In this document: positions 1 through 13,971 of the stretch, piece by piece
Numbering within the stretch: position 1 is the stretch's first letter
Layout: the number at the start of each line of letters is the position of its first letter
NCBI GenBank assembly: GCA_951406725.2
Contig: OX597815.1
Coordinates: forward strand, 142,786,001-142,850,000
Direction of reading: 5' to 3'
Length of the DNA: 64,000 nucleotides
From: Octopus vulgaris
Taxonomy: Eukaryota
Position numbers and translations under genes: made by a program
Notes under the pieces: generated by a model
Told to the model about the DNA's origin: nothing
The model's database searches: none
The model's input: only the letters and a program-made list of their open reading frames with translations

Positions 1-2
1 TT

Positions 3-101
3 GCTAGGGATATTTTTGAAAAACATTCTATACTTGTGGGATATTTTGTTGTAAATTTGGTCATTGAAATATTTATCTGCTGCCAAAATAAGATCCAAAA
101 G
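3..101 (+). CDS. possible host exon fragment (hydrophobic peptide) ending at a splice donor
   Basis: Open frame ARDIFEKHSILVGYFVVNLVIEIFICCQNKIQK is followed by AAG|GTAACA at 101/102. The sequence is non-repetitive. No family is recognised. Confidence 0.2.
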
Positions 102-1068
102 GTAACATGTACAATATGTATCTGTGTACGTGTACGTTTCTGTGTGTGAGTATATATGTGTGTGCGAGAGAGACAGATTGACAGAGAGAAAGAGGGAGAG
201 ATCGAAGGAGAGAGAATCTGTTCGTGAGTGGTTATGCGCTTGTAAGACTGTGTGTGTATATGTATGTATATAGCCATAGACGCACATATCTATGCGTTTG
301 AGTGTGAAGAACAAAAAATAACTACCTGCAAGAAAGATAAGAGAATGAAGACATAAAAAACATAACTTTTTTCAGATGAAAAAATGATTTGATCGATGAA
401 CAGAACGCCTATCTGTAAATAAAATTGATACTGTCCTTCTATAAATCTATTTTTACTTCAGTTAGCGAAGATAAATTACTTTCTTCTACATCACTAGCCC
501 TCCCTCTAACTACCCTCACATCAACTTCTATTTTCATCTACCCTATATTTATACGTCGTGCTGTAGCTCCTCCACTTTCCGCTTTCTTTTCCCCTGTTTA
601 TATGTGTGAGTGTTCACTGGTGTTTGTGTGTGTACATATATGTATACATATATATATATATATATATATATGCATTTATGCATATGTGTGCATGTGTCTG
701 TATATATATATATTCATGGATGACTGACTGTATACATGTGTAAGTATATGTATCTTTAGCTGTCTATCTATATATTCACTATATATTCATGTATATATAT
801 CTAGTTCTCTCTCCCTCTGTCTATATATCTGTATCTTATTATATATGTACAATATATCTTTGCATTTATCTATTTCTCCCTTCCCCTTTATATATTTCTT
901 TGTTTTTAACTACAACTCTCACTATATATCTATTTATCTATTGGTTTCTCTCACACATACTCTCAGTATCTCTCCGTATTTATCAATGTCTGCTTGTATA
1001 TACCTGTTTCTGTATCAATTTTTTGTTCTCATTCCTACCTTCTTCTTCATTCATGTATGCCTTTCACC

Positions 1069-1109
<41 letters not shown>

Positions 1110-1640
1110 CTAATATAATATTATATTATATTACATTTTCTCTCTCCCTCCCTCTATCTCTCTCTATATATCTATATCTATCCCTTTATATGAATTCATA
1201 TATCTATATCTAAGGTACAGATATTTTTTTGTATTTTCTCACTAACCCACCGATTATCTTCCACCGATGCACATAGAGATGCACACCCATATCTCTATAA
1301 TATAATATTCATATATACATATATCTATAACTAAGGTGTATATGCGTGCATATGTACATAAGATCCTGCATGCAATCGAGAATTTGTGACCTCAGTAAGT
1401 ACATATTCACACTTATTAAAATACGAACACATGAAATGTTCACACGTGCATATACGATCGAAACACAAATATTTACACTTGCAAAGGTATAGTAACTTTC
1501 GATGGTGAATACGTATGTTCAAACCTGCATCTATACATAAATAGTTTCATAACAATATATGTATATATACATATATATACATGTATATATATTTACATAT
1601 ATATACATTGAAAAGGAACACATGAGTTGATATGAATGGG

Positions 1641-2055
1641 AAAAAAGTCAAGGTTGAAGATGCTAAAATAATTTTATAAAAGACATTTATGTATCGGTTT
1701 CAGTCATTGAGACATTTTTAACTTTAAGTATGGAAAAGAACTGAATTGTATTCAAATACAAGGGGTATTTTCCTTGTTTTTGCTTGTCTCTGTTTCTCTT
1801 GTTTATTTTGGGGGTTTCGAATCCACAACGACCTCGAACCCACAAGAGTAAACAAGGGAGACAGAGACAGGTATAAACAAGGAAAATGCTCCTTGTATTT
1901 GAATACTATGCAAATATTCATTCAAAAAACTTTTCTTTTAATTTTTCCAAAATTTAACTCTTTTCCATACTAACAGTTGAAAAGGTCTCAATGACTGAAA
2001 CCGGTACGGAAATGTTTTTATAAAATTACTTTAGCATTTTCTACCTTGACTTTTT
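1641..2055. repeat. imperfect ~415 bp fold-back palindrome made of PLE-like terminal sequence
   Basis: Arms are ~1641-1820 and ~1834-2055, e.g. tcggtttcagtcattgagac vs gtctcaatgactgaaaccgg and gtattcaaatacaagg vs ccttgtatttgaatac. The right arm has a ~45 bp extra segment. Confidence 0.85.
1974..2009 (+). ncRNA. minimal hammerhead ribozyme variant (U3-A8 core), degenerate stem I
   Basis: cag TTGAAAA ggtc-tcaat-gact GAAA ccgg TA cgg. A more decayed mirror copy lies at ~1690-1722 on the minus strand. Confidence 0.55.
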
Positions 2056-2129
2056 CAATGCATACATATATCCCAAATCATTATATCAGATTTGTTATGC
2101 TTACATTTTATTGAGGTATTCATTGGAAC

Positions 2130-2720
2130 ATTCCACCAGTACCACTCTGTGTTATGCGTGGCTATGGATTCGACCATACGATGGGTTCTTATTTCTTTGT
2201 CGCTTGGCTTATACTTCCGATGGCTTTAATTGTAGATTGTCCTAGTTATAATATTATGTGTCATCGTTAGATAATACCGTGATGACAATTTCGGGCAACT
2301 GCTTATGGTGTGGATGATATCTTCGTTGTTAATTCCACAAAGTCTGCATCGGTTGTCACATTTTACTGATTTTCCTACATCTCTATCCAATTTGGTTGAT
2401 ATTCCCTGTTCCTGGGTTGCAAACGCTTACCCTTTAAAGTGAGAAGTAGTAAACCGCTATTGGTCCATGATAAATTGCTTTCATGATCTATGTTACTATC
2501 ATCCCGTAGCTTTCAACAAAAGTATCCATGCATAGTCTTCTATTCATATAGCCTCGACCTTTTATCTGATGATATGTTGCAAGAGAGTCGTGCGACTTCT
2601 TTGGGTATGTATTAGTTGTGAATGCCGAGAATAGTGCTAATATCTCGGAAAGGTCCTGTTGCTGACTTCGGCATGAAACTACATAGTAATAGTCAATAAC
2701 AAACAAGTGCAATATAGTCT
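2130..2720 (-). mobile_element. R4/Dong-like non-LTR retrotransposon fragment (CCHC knuckle region), decayed
   Basis: Minus-strand translation gives MHGYF, AFATQEQGISTK and DNRCRLCGINNEDIIHTISSCPKLSSRYYL, matching the CxxC..H..C knuckle upstream of the restriction-like endonuclease in R4-clade elements. Confidence 0.7.
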
Positions 2721-2879
2721 GTCCGTGAAATTTATAAACCAGAAAATCTGACTGACTAAACTATTTCAAAAGTACTATAGAAAAACGTTAACATAGGAGG
2801 TATGAGAGGTGAATATATATTTTGTAAGCCGTTCCGAAATCTCCTATGTGCAGTATTAATTCTTTTCTCACTGAAGTTA

Positions 2880-3400
<521 letters not shown>

Positions 3401-3611
3401 TTTATTTACTGCATTTTTTGTAGCTTATTAAAGATGTCCTCGTACGAAACAATTGTACCGATATTTTAATCCATTCTTGTTGCTTTTTTCCTATTTGTAA
3501 TCACCCCACTTGTCGTATGGTTAACACCATATAGATTTCCGGTGCATCCTAGTTAAGGACCATATTCATGTGAATTCATTAGAATTCACTTGAATCTCAA
3601 TTACTTAAACC

Positions 3612-3656
<45 letters not shown>

Positions 3657-3658
<2 letters not shown>

Positions 3659-5176
3659 TGAGAGAGTTGGTGGGTGAAAGCACGTTGTAGGATGTATAAA
3701 AAATAAAAAGAGTGAAAAAACTAGAGGAGGCTTGTGTTATAAGGTTAAAGAATATATTTAAGTCGATATGTTAGAAAAATATCATGAAATTTTGTGTATA
3801 GTTACATAGTTTTTGAAGAAATAACCGGTTCCGTATAATCTTTTCAAATTTCTCAAATTTCTTTTTCTACATCGTGTCATGTCTCCGCTATGAAGTGAAG
3901 AGTTGCAGGCAGGGGAAGGTAATCAAGGATTTCTTCCGGTATAAGGTAGATAATCGCTATATTTTTTTTTTCTATTTTTTCAATGAGATGAGTTTCCTCG
4001 TATAAAAATGTTAGAATGGTTAAGTTTTGGTTTATATTTTTCAATGAAGAATGTTTCCTTGTTTGATCTAATTCGTGTTGGTGTTCCAATAGCACATTGA
4101 TAGAATGGAAATATTAAAAATTGTAGTAGTAGTTACTTCGCGCATTTCTCAACATGTTCACTAAAGAGTATCATTCTGTCTTCTGGGAATGAAATCTGTT
4201 GTCGATGCAGAGTGCATCTGTGTCTGAGCGTTAATCCCGTGTACCCTATGTAGTTTTGGTGGCGGCCCGATCATGTTATGAGATAAATTACGTTTTCTGA
4301 ACCACAAGTAATATTAGATTTGATCTTGAATTTTTATCCCTCTTTGAGGAGGAATTCTGATCCTTCTAGAAGGTGTGGGCATGTTGCGCAGTTTGGCCTA
4401 CCACAATTTTAAACTTTTGCATCCGTTATTTCAGAAAACAATTTTACCTTTGTGAAGATCTTTTTTAGTGATTTAGGTTGTTTGTAGCTTTTTAATGATT
4501 TTATGTATGTTTAGAATTGCCTTTAGTTTAGGGTCCTTATGAAGCATTGGTAAATTCTGGGTGATGATGGTGAAGACTTCTTTGTTTCTGGGGTTGTATG
4601 TGGATATGTAAGGCAGTATTTTCGGAGAAGGTGTGTTGCTGTATTGAATTTTAAAAAAAAGTTTCTATGTCGATTTCTGTTGCACGTCTGATTCCATCCT
4701 CTATGAGTTGAACTGGGTAGTGTCCGTCAATTAGGGTGTTTTTGAGTTCTTGTAGTCTAAAGTTTCTGGTATTTTGTTCGGACACTATTGTGCAGATCCT
4801 TCTATCAATGTGCTATTGGAACACCAACACAAATTAGATTAAACAAGGAAACATTCTTCATTGAAAAATAATAACCAAAACTTAACCATTCTAACATTTT
4901 TATACAAGGAAAATATATAAAGCGATTATCTCCCTTATAGCGGAAGAAATCTCTAATTACCTTCCCCTGCCTGGAACTCTTCACTTCAGAGCGAAGACAT
5001 GACACGGTGTAGGTAAAGAAATTTTAGGAATTTGAAAAGAATATACGGAACCGGTTATTTCTCCAAAAACTATGTTACTATACACAAACTTTTATAATAT
5101 TTTTCTAACATATCGACTTAAATATATTCTTTAAACTTATAACACAAGCCTCCTGTAGTTTTTTTCACTCTTTTTC
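3657..5176 (-). mobile_element. 5'-truncated Neptune-like Penelope element with inverted terminal copy
   Basis: Minus strand encodes CGRPNCATCPH and NITCGSENVIYLIT*SGRHQNYIGYTGLTLRHRCTLHRQQI (GIY-YIG), with stops. ~3706-4104 is repeated inverted at ~4801-5176. Both flanks are (TA)n. Confidence 0.85.
3817..3853 (-). ncRNA. hammerhead-like motif, U3-A8 core with GGAA in place of GAAA
   Basis: Minus strand reads agaaat TTGAAAA g-attata-c GGAA ccgg TT atttct, with a perfect 6 bp stem I. The mirror copy at 5026-5062 (+) also has GGAA. Confidence 0.45.
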
Positions 5177-5377
5177 ATTATATATATATATATATATATA
5201 TATACTTGTACGCCATAAATGATCTATGATGTGTTTCATTATTGCTTTCTAATGATCTGTCAAAATATGTCGGTTACCTCAAGCTGCTAATTCGCAGTTT
5301 TGACTAGAATTAAGTTGTCTCTGTGCGCGAGCGCGAATGTGTGTTTGTGTGTGCATGCATGTGTACGTATGCGTGTG

Positions 5378-5427
<50 letters not shown>

Positions 5428-6811
5428 TGCTCAGTAGAATGTTATGCAGGATGATTGAATTTGGCATTTCATATGATATGTCCGTTTCCAAAGAACTTTT
5501 ATTTCCTGCTTTACATACATACTTACTTTCGGTTGTTGATATTTTTATTGTCTCACTTTCGCTGTCCATATCCGGTCGAAATGTTCTACTAGTTCAATGT
5601 TCAAAGCACGCAGATCTAGCCCCTCACTTCAACCTTTCAATGTCATTCTAAAAATATACAATCACATCATCAAAATCACATAGCTACGCGGTAATGCATG
5701 ATTAATTCAAAACAATGTGACAGAGTAATCTTATGATATATATGAGTATTTACTTCCTTCGCTTTTCATTTTAATTTACTGTTTAATCCGCTTCTCTTCA
5801 AAAGGATTATATGCTTTGAATTCCCATTTTGTGTTTTGGGAGGATCACGAAATTAAAGTATGGTGTCTCTGAGACAGCATTCCACCCGTTTTGCTCTGTC
5901 CAAGTGGTTTTTAATTCAATGCTTTATGAGCTGTTATTTGAACCTTGGCTGACTTCATGATACATCGTGTATAAAGAGTTATTTATATATTTATCGATGC
6001 TTCTATATTAGCATTCTAGATGTATTTAAACCCATACATACACTCGCGTGTGTGTTCGTGCATTTGTGTGTGCGTGTGTGTGTGTGTGCGCGCACGTATG
6101 TGCGTGAGCACGCGTAAGGAGAAATAATAACAAGAGTTGCAAATGTACTAAATGTTTTAATATAAATAGATTTAAATTAGAATATGTAAGGAAAATAGTT
6201 TCACACTGAAATCATGGAATGAAAGTATTTATTTTTCATTCATCAAAAAGAAAAGATATAAATATATATATTTACTTTAAGAGGTAGTTATATTTCTTAA
6301 AATCCACAGAGAAAATATTTCTTTATAAAAACTTTCTTTTCTCCCAAGAAAAATAATTTCTATGATATAAATAAATCTAATGCAGAGAATTCTGTTTTCC
6401 CAGAAAAAAACTCAGATTTCTTTTTTATTTCTACATAATATTGAAGTACAAAAGTTCTATTTTCCCAAAAATACTTGTCGGATTTCGCTCTTTTTAGCAG
6501 TTCAAGTATACTGTTGGCACTTAGGATATTGATATGTAAATATTTCTTTTGGTTTGAAACATTTACCAGAACTCGCTTTCAGTTTGCACTTGGTTGTATT
6601 AACTTTGAAATGAGATAGCGAGAGAGATAGATATAATTATAAAAAATTATTTAAACGGCATAGTATCACAAACTTTTGGAGGAAAAATGTTCGTATGCTC
6701 TATATGCAAGCGCTTTCGTTGTTCAGCTTTTCAAACAGACGTGGTCTGTACTAATCCATAGAGAGTAAGTTGATAATGGTGTTGACTGTTTCCAGTTTGG
6801 ACTTCCGAATT

Positions 6812-6920
6812 AGAGACATGGATTGCAAAACAAAAACAATATTTTAGATTGCATCACATGCCCACAATTCAGTAAGGATTACATTAGAGATACAGGAACA
6901 AATCTAAATAACCGTATGGA
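6812..6920 (+). mobile_element. PLE GIY-YIG endonuclease remnant
   Basis: Reads [29 protein letters not shown] across a frameshift, resembling MNCKTQNVIYCITCPTCKENYVGETG of the element at 39681-40199. Confidence 0.55.
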
Positions 6921-7167
6921 GATGAAACAAAGGCGACTGAAGAAGGGGAATTTTCCTTGTGTTGTATGTCCTGTACTCTATTTTTTCGTTGTTTAAGAAA
7001 AATGTCCATTCCTCGGTTTTGTGTTTATGTTTTCGTTTCTCATTGTGTTCGACGTTTTTTTTTTTGGTGTCCTGTACCCATATATGCATGTATATATACA
7101 TGTAGAGGTAGGTACGTACATATATGTATGTATATATGCATATGTTTTAATTATTTATTTATTAATT

Positions 7168-7650
<483 letters not shown>

Positions 7651-7796
7651 AATTAATATGTTCAATAAGAAATAATTATTTTCGAAATTTTTTCTCTTAT
7701 GAGGTTCTTACGCTATCTACCTGACAATTTCTTGTTAAGTTTTCCTTATTAAGTAGTTGTCCTTAATTGCTATATATATATATGTATATTTATATA

Positions 7797-7852
<56 letters not shown>

Positions 7853-7933
7853 TCCCGGGTTGATTCGGGGTTAACCACAGTAAGTAAGGTACTCAATACA
7901 TAGCAGAGTAAAATTAATTTATTATATAGAAGG

Positions 7934-7984
7934 AGCTTCTACAGGACTAGAACTGTTTCATTCAAGAGAAATCTTCAGGAAGCT
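7934..7984 (-). ncRNA. type I hammerhead ribozyme in inverted pLTR
   Basis: Reverse complement of the 13115-13165 motif. Confidence 0.75.
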
Positions 7985-8094
7985 AGTTAACAAGAATTGT
8001 ATTGGCATTTATACATTTAGGCAGGTTTAAAGGGGTGGTGGTGGGGGACTTTTTGGGGGTAGGCATAGCGCAAAATATCATACTTGGGGGAGTG

Positions 8095-9611
8095 CGTCGG
8101 TCCGTTTGATTAACCCAACCAAGTCTGACATCGGATCCGTCAGCAAGAAGATCCTGGACAGGATTTTACCAAAATGCGTGAAGCTTCACCCCTTCCACTC
8201 TGGAATAGGACCTCCGAGGCAATAACCTGGTTCCGGGATTTACCTGACAAAAGCAACACCCGATTCCAACAACTGGATATCGAGGATTACTACGCCTCCA
8301 TATCGGAGAGCTTGCTGATCGACGCGATTAACTTCGCCAGGAGGTCCTCCACCATCACCGAGGCCGAGCAAGATGTGATCCTCCACGCACGTAAGACTTT
8401 TCTTTTCTATGACGGATCCAACTGGATCAACAAAAAATCTGTGACCCCCTTCGACGTCAGCATGGGTGCTAACGACTCTGCTGAAATAAGTGACCTAGTG
8501 GGCCTTTTCATCCTCCATAGGCTGAAAACCCTATTCACAGGCCTCTCCGGTGGTCTTTACCGCGATGACGGCCTTTTCGCCCTCCACAAAATAAACCCCA
8601 GGACCACGGATGGGTTCCGGAAAAATCTTTACACCTTCTTTAAAAACTTAGGCCTTAGGATTACCTTAGAATCCAACTTAACAAAAGCTAACTTCCTTGA
8701 CGTCACCCTCGACTTAAAAACCTCACTTTATTACCCGTACCACAAACCAAATGAATCCCTTAGATATATAGATATTAATTCCAACCACCCCAAAAATATA
8801 TTAGATAACCTAGTAAAAAGTGTCTCAATTAGAATTTCTAGCCTGTCCGCCACGGAAGATATCTTTAAGGCCGCAGCCCCCTATTACAACGAGGCCCTGG
8901 CCCGCAGTGGCTTTAAAGATAAGATTACCTATACTAGTATAGCCCCACGCCAACCCAGGAAAAATAGACGAAGACACATTAGCTGGTACAACCCCCCCTT
9001 CAACCGTGAGGTCGCTACACCTGTAGCTAAGATCTTTTCACTCTCCTACAGAAACACTTCCCCACCCAACATAAGTACTACACTATCCTAAATAAGAACA
9101 CTATTAGACTCTCCTACTCTACCACGCCCAATCTAGCCAGGAACCTAGCCAACAACAATGTGAAAAAACTTAACATATCTACTTTTTCCGAGGCCCATCC
9201 AACGTCCGATAGCAATTGCAACTGCCCTGATAAAACCACCTGCCCCCTCAACAACAACTGCCTACAGAGGGACCTAGTATATACATGCGAGGTAAGATCA
9301 GGCCCTGACGATAAAAGAAAATCCTACATCGGAATGACGTCAAACAGCTTTTTTTGTACGCACACACACACTCGTTCCGGCGACAAGATAAATCCAACCA
9401 AACTACCCTCACCGCCCACATCTGGTACCTTAAAAGGAACTCCATCCCCTTCAAGACCAAGTGGAAACTACTACAGAAGGCGCGTTCGTACACAGGAGGC
9501 CATACCTGCTGTGACCTCTGCATATCGGAGAGCCTAGAGATCTTGTTCGCCAAAGGCCCTCTCCTTAACAAAATCTCAGAACACTCCCCAAATTGCATGC
9601 ATAAGAAGTAG
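8095..9611 (+). pseudogene. PLE reverse transcriptase + GIY-YIG endonuclease, 5'-truncated, ~2 frameshifts
   Basis: Motifs RLINPTKSDIG, QLDIEDYYASI, FDVSMGANDSAEISDLVG, LYRDDGL, NFLDVTLDL, SNHP, WYNPPF, CNCPDKTTCPLNNNCL, LVY...YIGMT and CDLCISE. Confidence 0.9.
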
Positions 9612-9842
9612 CGAACTACAAGAACTATAGACCTACCCGGCAACCAGATTGATGACACCCCACCCACAACCCCCCCAATCCCACCGTTCCCCTAGCACCC
9701 CCGATTACCTTTTCTCCTAAGACCTTTCACATATTGTATGTGCACGCTTGTATATGTGTATCGTATATATGTATAGAAATGTATGGGTATAGTAGGAATA
9801 TACGCATGTATTATGTGTGTGTGTGTGTGTATGTATGTAAAA

Positions 9843-9897
<55 letters not shown>

Positions 9898-10179
9898 TAT
9901 ATGTATATATGTGTGTATGCATATGTATGTGTATATGTATGTGTGTATGTATGTGTATGTATGTATAAAATATTATATAATTAGGGCTTAGTAAAATAAA
10001 TTACTTTGCCACATACTGAACTTTCTAGAAATAGCAGCCAAAAAAGTTTTTAGCCCCTTCCACTACTTAGAGAATATTTTCTCTCAGACATTGTTTACTC
10101 AAAAAAATAATGGTCCTTTTACATACTGAATACTTGGTGAAATTGATTAATAACTAATTAACTTTACCCTCAATTGGTG

Positions 10180-10185
10180 ATATAT

Positions 10186-10226
<41 letters not shown>

Positions 10227-10245
10227 CATGTATGTATATGTGTAT

Positions 10246-10325
<80 letters not shown>

Positions 10326-10547
10326 ATATGTGTATTTATGTATATATTTATATATATGTATATGTATATGTATATGTATGTGTGTGTGTATATGTATATA
10401 TGTGTATATATATGAGTGTACGCGAGTATGTCGATGTATATGTAGGTATGTAGAGTTATGTGTATGTGCATGTATGTGAGTGCAGATACAAATTGTAGAT
10501 GTGTATATATATGTGTGTGTATATGTACATGTATATAGGTATATGTA

Positions 10548-10602
<55 letters not shown>

Positions 10603-10818
10603 GCAGGTATGTAGAGATATAAGTATGTGCATGTGTATATATGTGTGTATATATATGTATAGGTATGTGTATGTGTATGTATGTATATATATATATGTGT
10701 GTGTGTGTATGTGTGTATATGTATGTATATATGTATATATGTGTATATGTGTACGTGTGGGTATATATGTGTATGTATATGCATATATGTGTGTGTATGT
10801 GTATGTGTGTATATGTGC

Positions 10819-10850
<32 letters not shown>

Positions 10851-11043
10851 GTGTAAATGTATATGTATGTGTATATATGTATATATGTGTATGTGTGAAT
10901 ATGTGTATGTATGCATATATGTATGTATGTATGTATGTATGTGTATGTATATATGTGTGTAAGTGTGTGTATATACGTATATGTAAGTGTGTGTGCGTGT
11001 ATGAGTATGTATGTATGTTTGCACACATGTATATGTGTGTGTG

Positions 11044-11128
<85 letters not shown>

Positions 11129-11353
11129 GTGTGTATGTATATGTATGTATGTATATATATATGTGTGTGTATGTGTATATGTACATATACGTGTACGCTC
11201 GTGTGTTTATGTATATGTAGGTACGTAGAGTTATCTATGTGTGTATGTATTTGTACATGTGTGTAAGTATGTATATATATATGTATGTATATGTATGTAT
11301 ATGTATGTGTGTATATATATATATATATATATGTATATGTATATATGTGTGTA

Positions 11354-11390
<37 letters not shown>

Positions 11391-11720
11391 AAGTTTATAT
11401 GTATGTATCCGTCTATATAATAGGTAACTGCACGTACATATACTTAATATTTATTATTTATTTTTTGAGTATGCATGTAAGTATGAATATACTTATTTTT
11501 TGAGTATGCATGTAAGTGAATATGTGTGTGTGTGTGTATGTGTAAGCATAGATATATGTATACTTTTACACATGTGTGTACTTATGTGTATATATGGATG
11601 CGCGTGTGTGTGTGTGTATGGGTACGCATGTACATGTGTATGAGCGTGTATGTGTATATGAGTATGTATGTATGTGTGTGCGTATATTTGTATATGTATG
11701 TATGTATATGTATGTGTGTG

Positions 11721-11771
<51 letters not shown>

Positions 11772-11982
11772 ATGTATGTATGTATATGTATATGCGTATG
11801 TGTATGTATTTGTATGTGTATGCATGCGCGTATATATATGTATGTATATGGATACGTGTGGGTGTGTGTATGTGTATAAATGTATGTATGTATGGATGTA
11901 TGGATGTATGTATGTATGTATACGTATGTATGTGTATGTGTGTATATGTATGTATGTGTATGTGTGTATATGTATATATGTA

Positions 11983-12030
<48 letters not shown>

Positions 12031-12860
12031 TATATATATATATATATATATATGTATTTGTATGTAGGTGTATATGTATGTGTGTGTATTTATATTTATT
12101 GGTGTACATGTATAGACTAGCCTTCTAAGAGTGTAGACATGAATCTGTAGGTACGCTTACGTATGTGTATATACGTGAATGTAATTAGATGTATGTATGT
12201 ATGAATATAACGCGTGCGTGCGTGTATGTGTATGAGTGTACGAATGAGTGAGTGTACGTGCTAAAGAGTGTGCGTGAGTGAATAAGTGCTTGTTTTCAAG
12301 TAGACAGATAAATGGACTGGCTGTCATAGCCAAGATGTTTGTGACCAGCGGTCAAAGATAACAAAAGTAATAAATGGAGACAATAAAATTAAAATTAGGG
12401 AATGGGTCTGTATTTGTATGTATATATATGTGTGTATGTGTAGGTATGTATAGGTACACATATGTATATATATATATATATATATAAATGTATGTATATG
12501 TATGTATGTGTGTATGTATGTGTGTATGTGTATATATGTGTATATAGGGATTAGTGTGCTGTGTGTGCATGTGTGTGTGTGGATATGTGTGTGTATTGCG
12601 TGTATGTGTGTATGTGTGTGTATGTGTATATATATTTTTCTGTGTGTATATGTATGTGTGGTCGTGTGTGTATATATACATGTGTGTATACGTGTATGCA
12701 TGTGAGTGTGTGTATGTATACATATATGTGTATGTGTAGATATGTATATGTATGTGTAAGTGTATATATATGTATATGTGTGTGTGTGTATGTATGTGTG
12801 TATGTATATGTATATATGTTTGTATGTGTGTGTATATATGTATACATATGTGCATAGGTA
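10180..12860. repeat. complex (TA/TG/TATG) satellite with diverged higher-order units
   Basis: A gtaggta(t/c)gtagag(t/a)tat unit recurs near 10442, 10603 and 11217. ttattttttgagtatgcatgtaagt occurs twice (~11458, ~11493). Confidence 0.9.
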
Positions 12861-12936
12861 TAAGTGAGAATCTCCTTATTTACCTAAAACTCTATTCTTT
12901 TTTTTATATATATTTTTTATATTTTTTTATTTTTTT

Positions 12937-12967
<31 letters not shown>

Positions 12968-13114
12968 TTTATTCTTTTATCTAATTTAACACTGACTCCT
13001 TGACCACTCCCCCAAGTATGATATTTTGCGCTATGCCTACCCCCAAAAAGTCCCCCACCACCACCCCTTTAAACCTGCCTAAATGTATAAATGCCAATAC
13101 AATTCTTGTTAACT

Positions 13115-13165
13115 AGCTTCCTGAAGATTTCTCTTGAATGAAACAGTTCTAGTCCTGTAGAAGCT
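13115..13165 (+). ncRNA. type I hammerhead ribozyme in PLE 3' pLTR
   Basis: agcttc CTGAAGA tttc-tctt-gaat GAAA cag-ttctagtc-ctg TA gaagct: 6 bp stem I, short stem II, stem III, GUA triplet. Confidence 0.8.
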
Positions 13166-13179
13166 CCTTCTATATAATA

Positions 13180-13239
<60 letters not shown>

Positions 13240-13240
<1 letters not shown>

Positions 13241-13640
13241 TCTCTTACTTGTTTCAGTCATTTGACTGCGACCATGCTGGAGCACCGCCTTTAGTCGAGC
13301 AAATCGACCCTGGGACTTATTATTTTGTAAGCCCAGTACTTATTGTATCGGTCTCTTTTGCCGAACCGCTAAGTGACGGGGACGTAAACATACCACCATC
13401 GGTTGTCAAGCAATGCTAGAGAAACAAACACAGACACACAGACATATACACACACATACATATATATACATATATAAGACAGGCTTCTTTCAGTTTCCGT
13501 CTACCAAATCCACTCACAATGCTTTGGTCGGCCCGAGGCTATAGCAGAAGACACTTGCCCAAGATACCACGCAGTGGGACTGAACTCGGAACCATGTGGT
13601 TGGTTAGCAAGCTACTTACCACACAGCCACTCCTGCGCCT
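13240..13640 (-). mobile_element. full-length tRNA-derived CORE-type SINE
   Basis: Minus strand has a head ggcgcaggagtggctgtgtggtaag...ggttccgagttcagtccc (A/B boxes), a CORE-like cttgggcaagtgtctt, an internal microsatellite, and a tail ggcggtgctccagcatggtcgcagtcaaatgactgaaacaagtaa. It matches the copies at 35879 and 36392. Confidence 0.9.
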
Positions 13641-13651
13641 ATATATATATA

Positions 13652-13858
13652 CACGAATGGTGCTGAAATGTTTCTGGCTTTGGGTAAAATAAACTACAGT
13701 AAGATCAGTTAATTATAATTTTATTCAACGTATTCGCCTATCAGATTCACACACTTATTGCAGCGGTCCTTCAACTTCTCTAACCCCTATAAAATAAGAC
13801 AGAATTTTGGACCCCTAACCAGGTCTTTATACAACCCCCTTAGAGCAGGAACTTTTCA

Positions 13859-13860
<2 letters not shown>
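13652..13860. mobile_element. mariner-derived MITE
   Basis: Ends are ggtgctgaaatgtttctggct and agcaggaacttttca. It is homologous, in opposite orientation, to 57139-57337. Confidence 0.6.
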
Positions 13861-13896
<36 letters not shown>

Positions 13897-13971
13897 GTAT
13901 ATATATATATGTATATATATGTGTACATATGTGTATATGTGTGTGTGTGTATATATATATGTATATATATA

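Larger units (their letters stand above)
7851..13181 (+). mobile_element. Penelope-like element: inverted 5' pLTR copy, truncated RT-EN ORF, microsatellite-filled 3' region, 3' pLTR
   Basis: ~7919-8094 is the reverse complement of ~13005-13181. ORF remnants lie at 8095-9611. Both ends abut (TA)n. Confidence 0.85.

Noticed and set aside
2792-2849. 11 bp stem acataggaggt/atctcctatgt preceded by GAA, resembling a type III hammerhead
   Set aside because: There is no CUGANGA or UUGANAA core and no stem I/II between the strands.
4268-4276. In-frame TGA at a Cys position of the PLE endonuclease CxxC (selenocysteine, as in Naiad PLEs?)
   Set aside because: The partner Cys is also mutated (CGC), other stops are present, the linker Cys codons are normal, and no SECIS was recognised. 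Simple decay is more likely.
6935-6962. CTGAAGA followed by a hairpin (also 19500-19530 on minus)
   Set aside because: There is no following GAAA/stem III/UH, so it is at most a broken ribozyme remnant.
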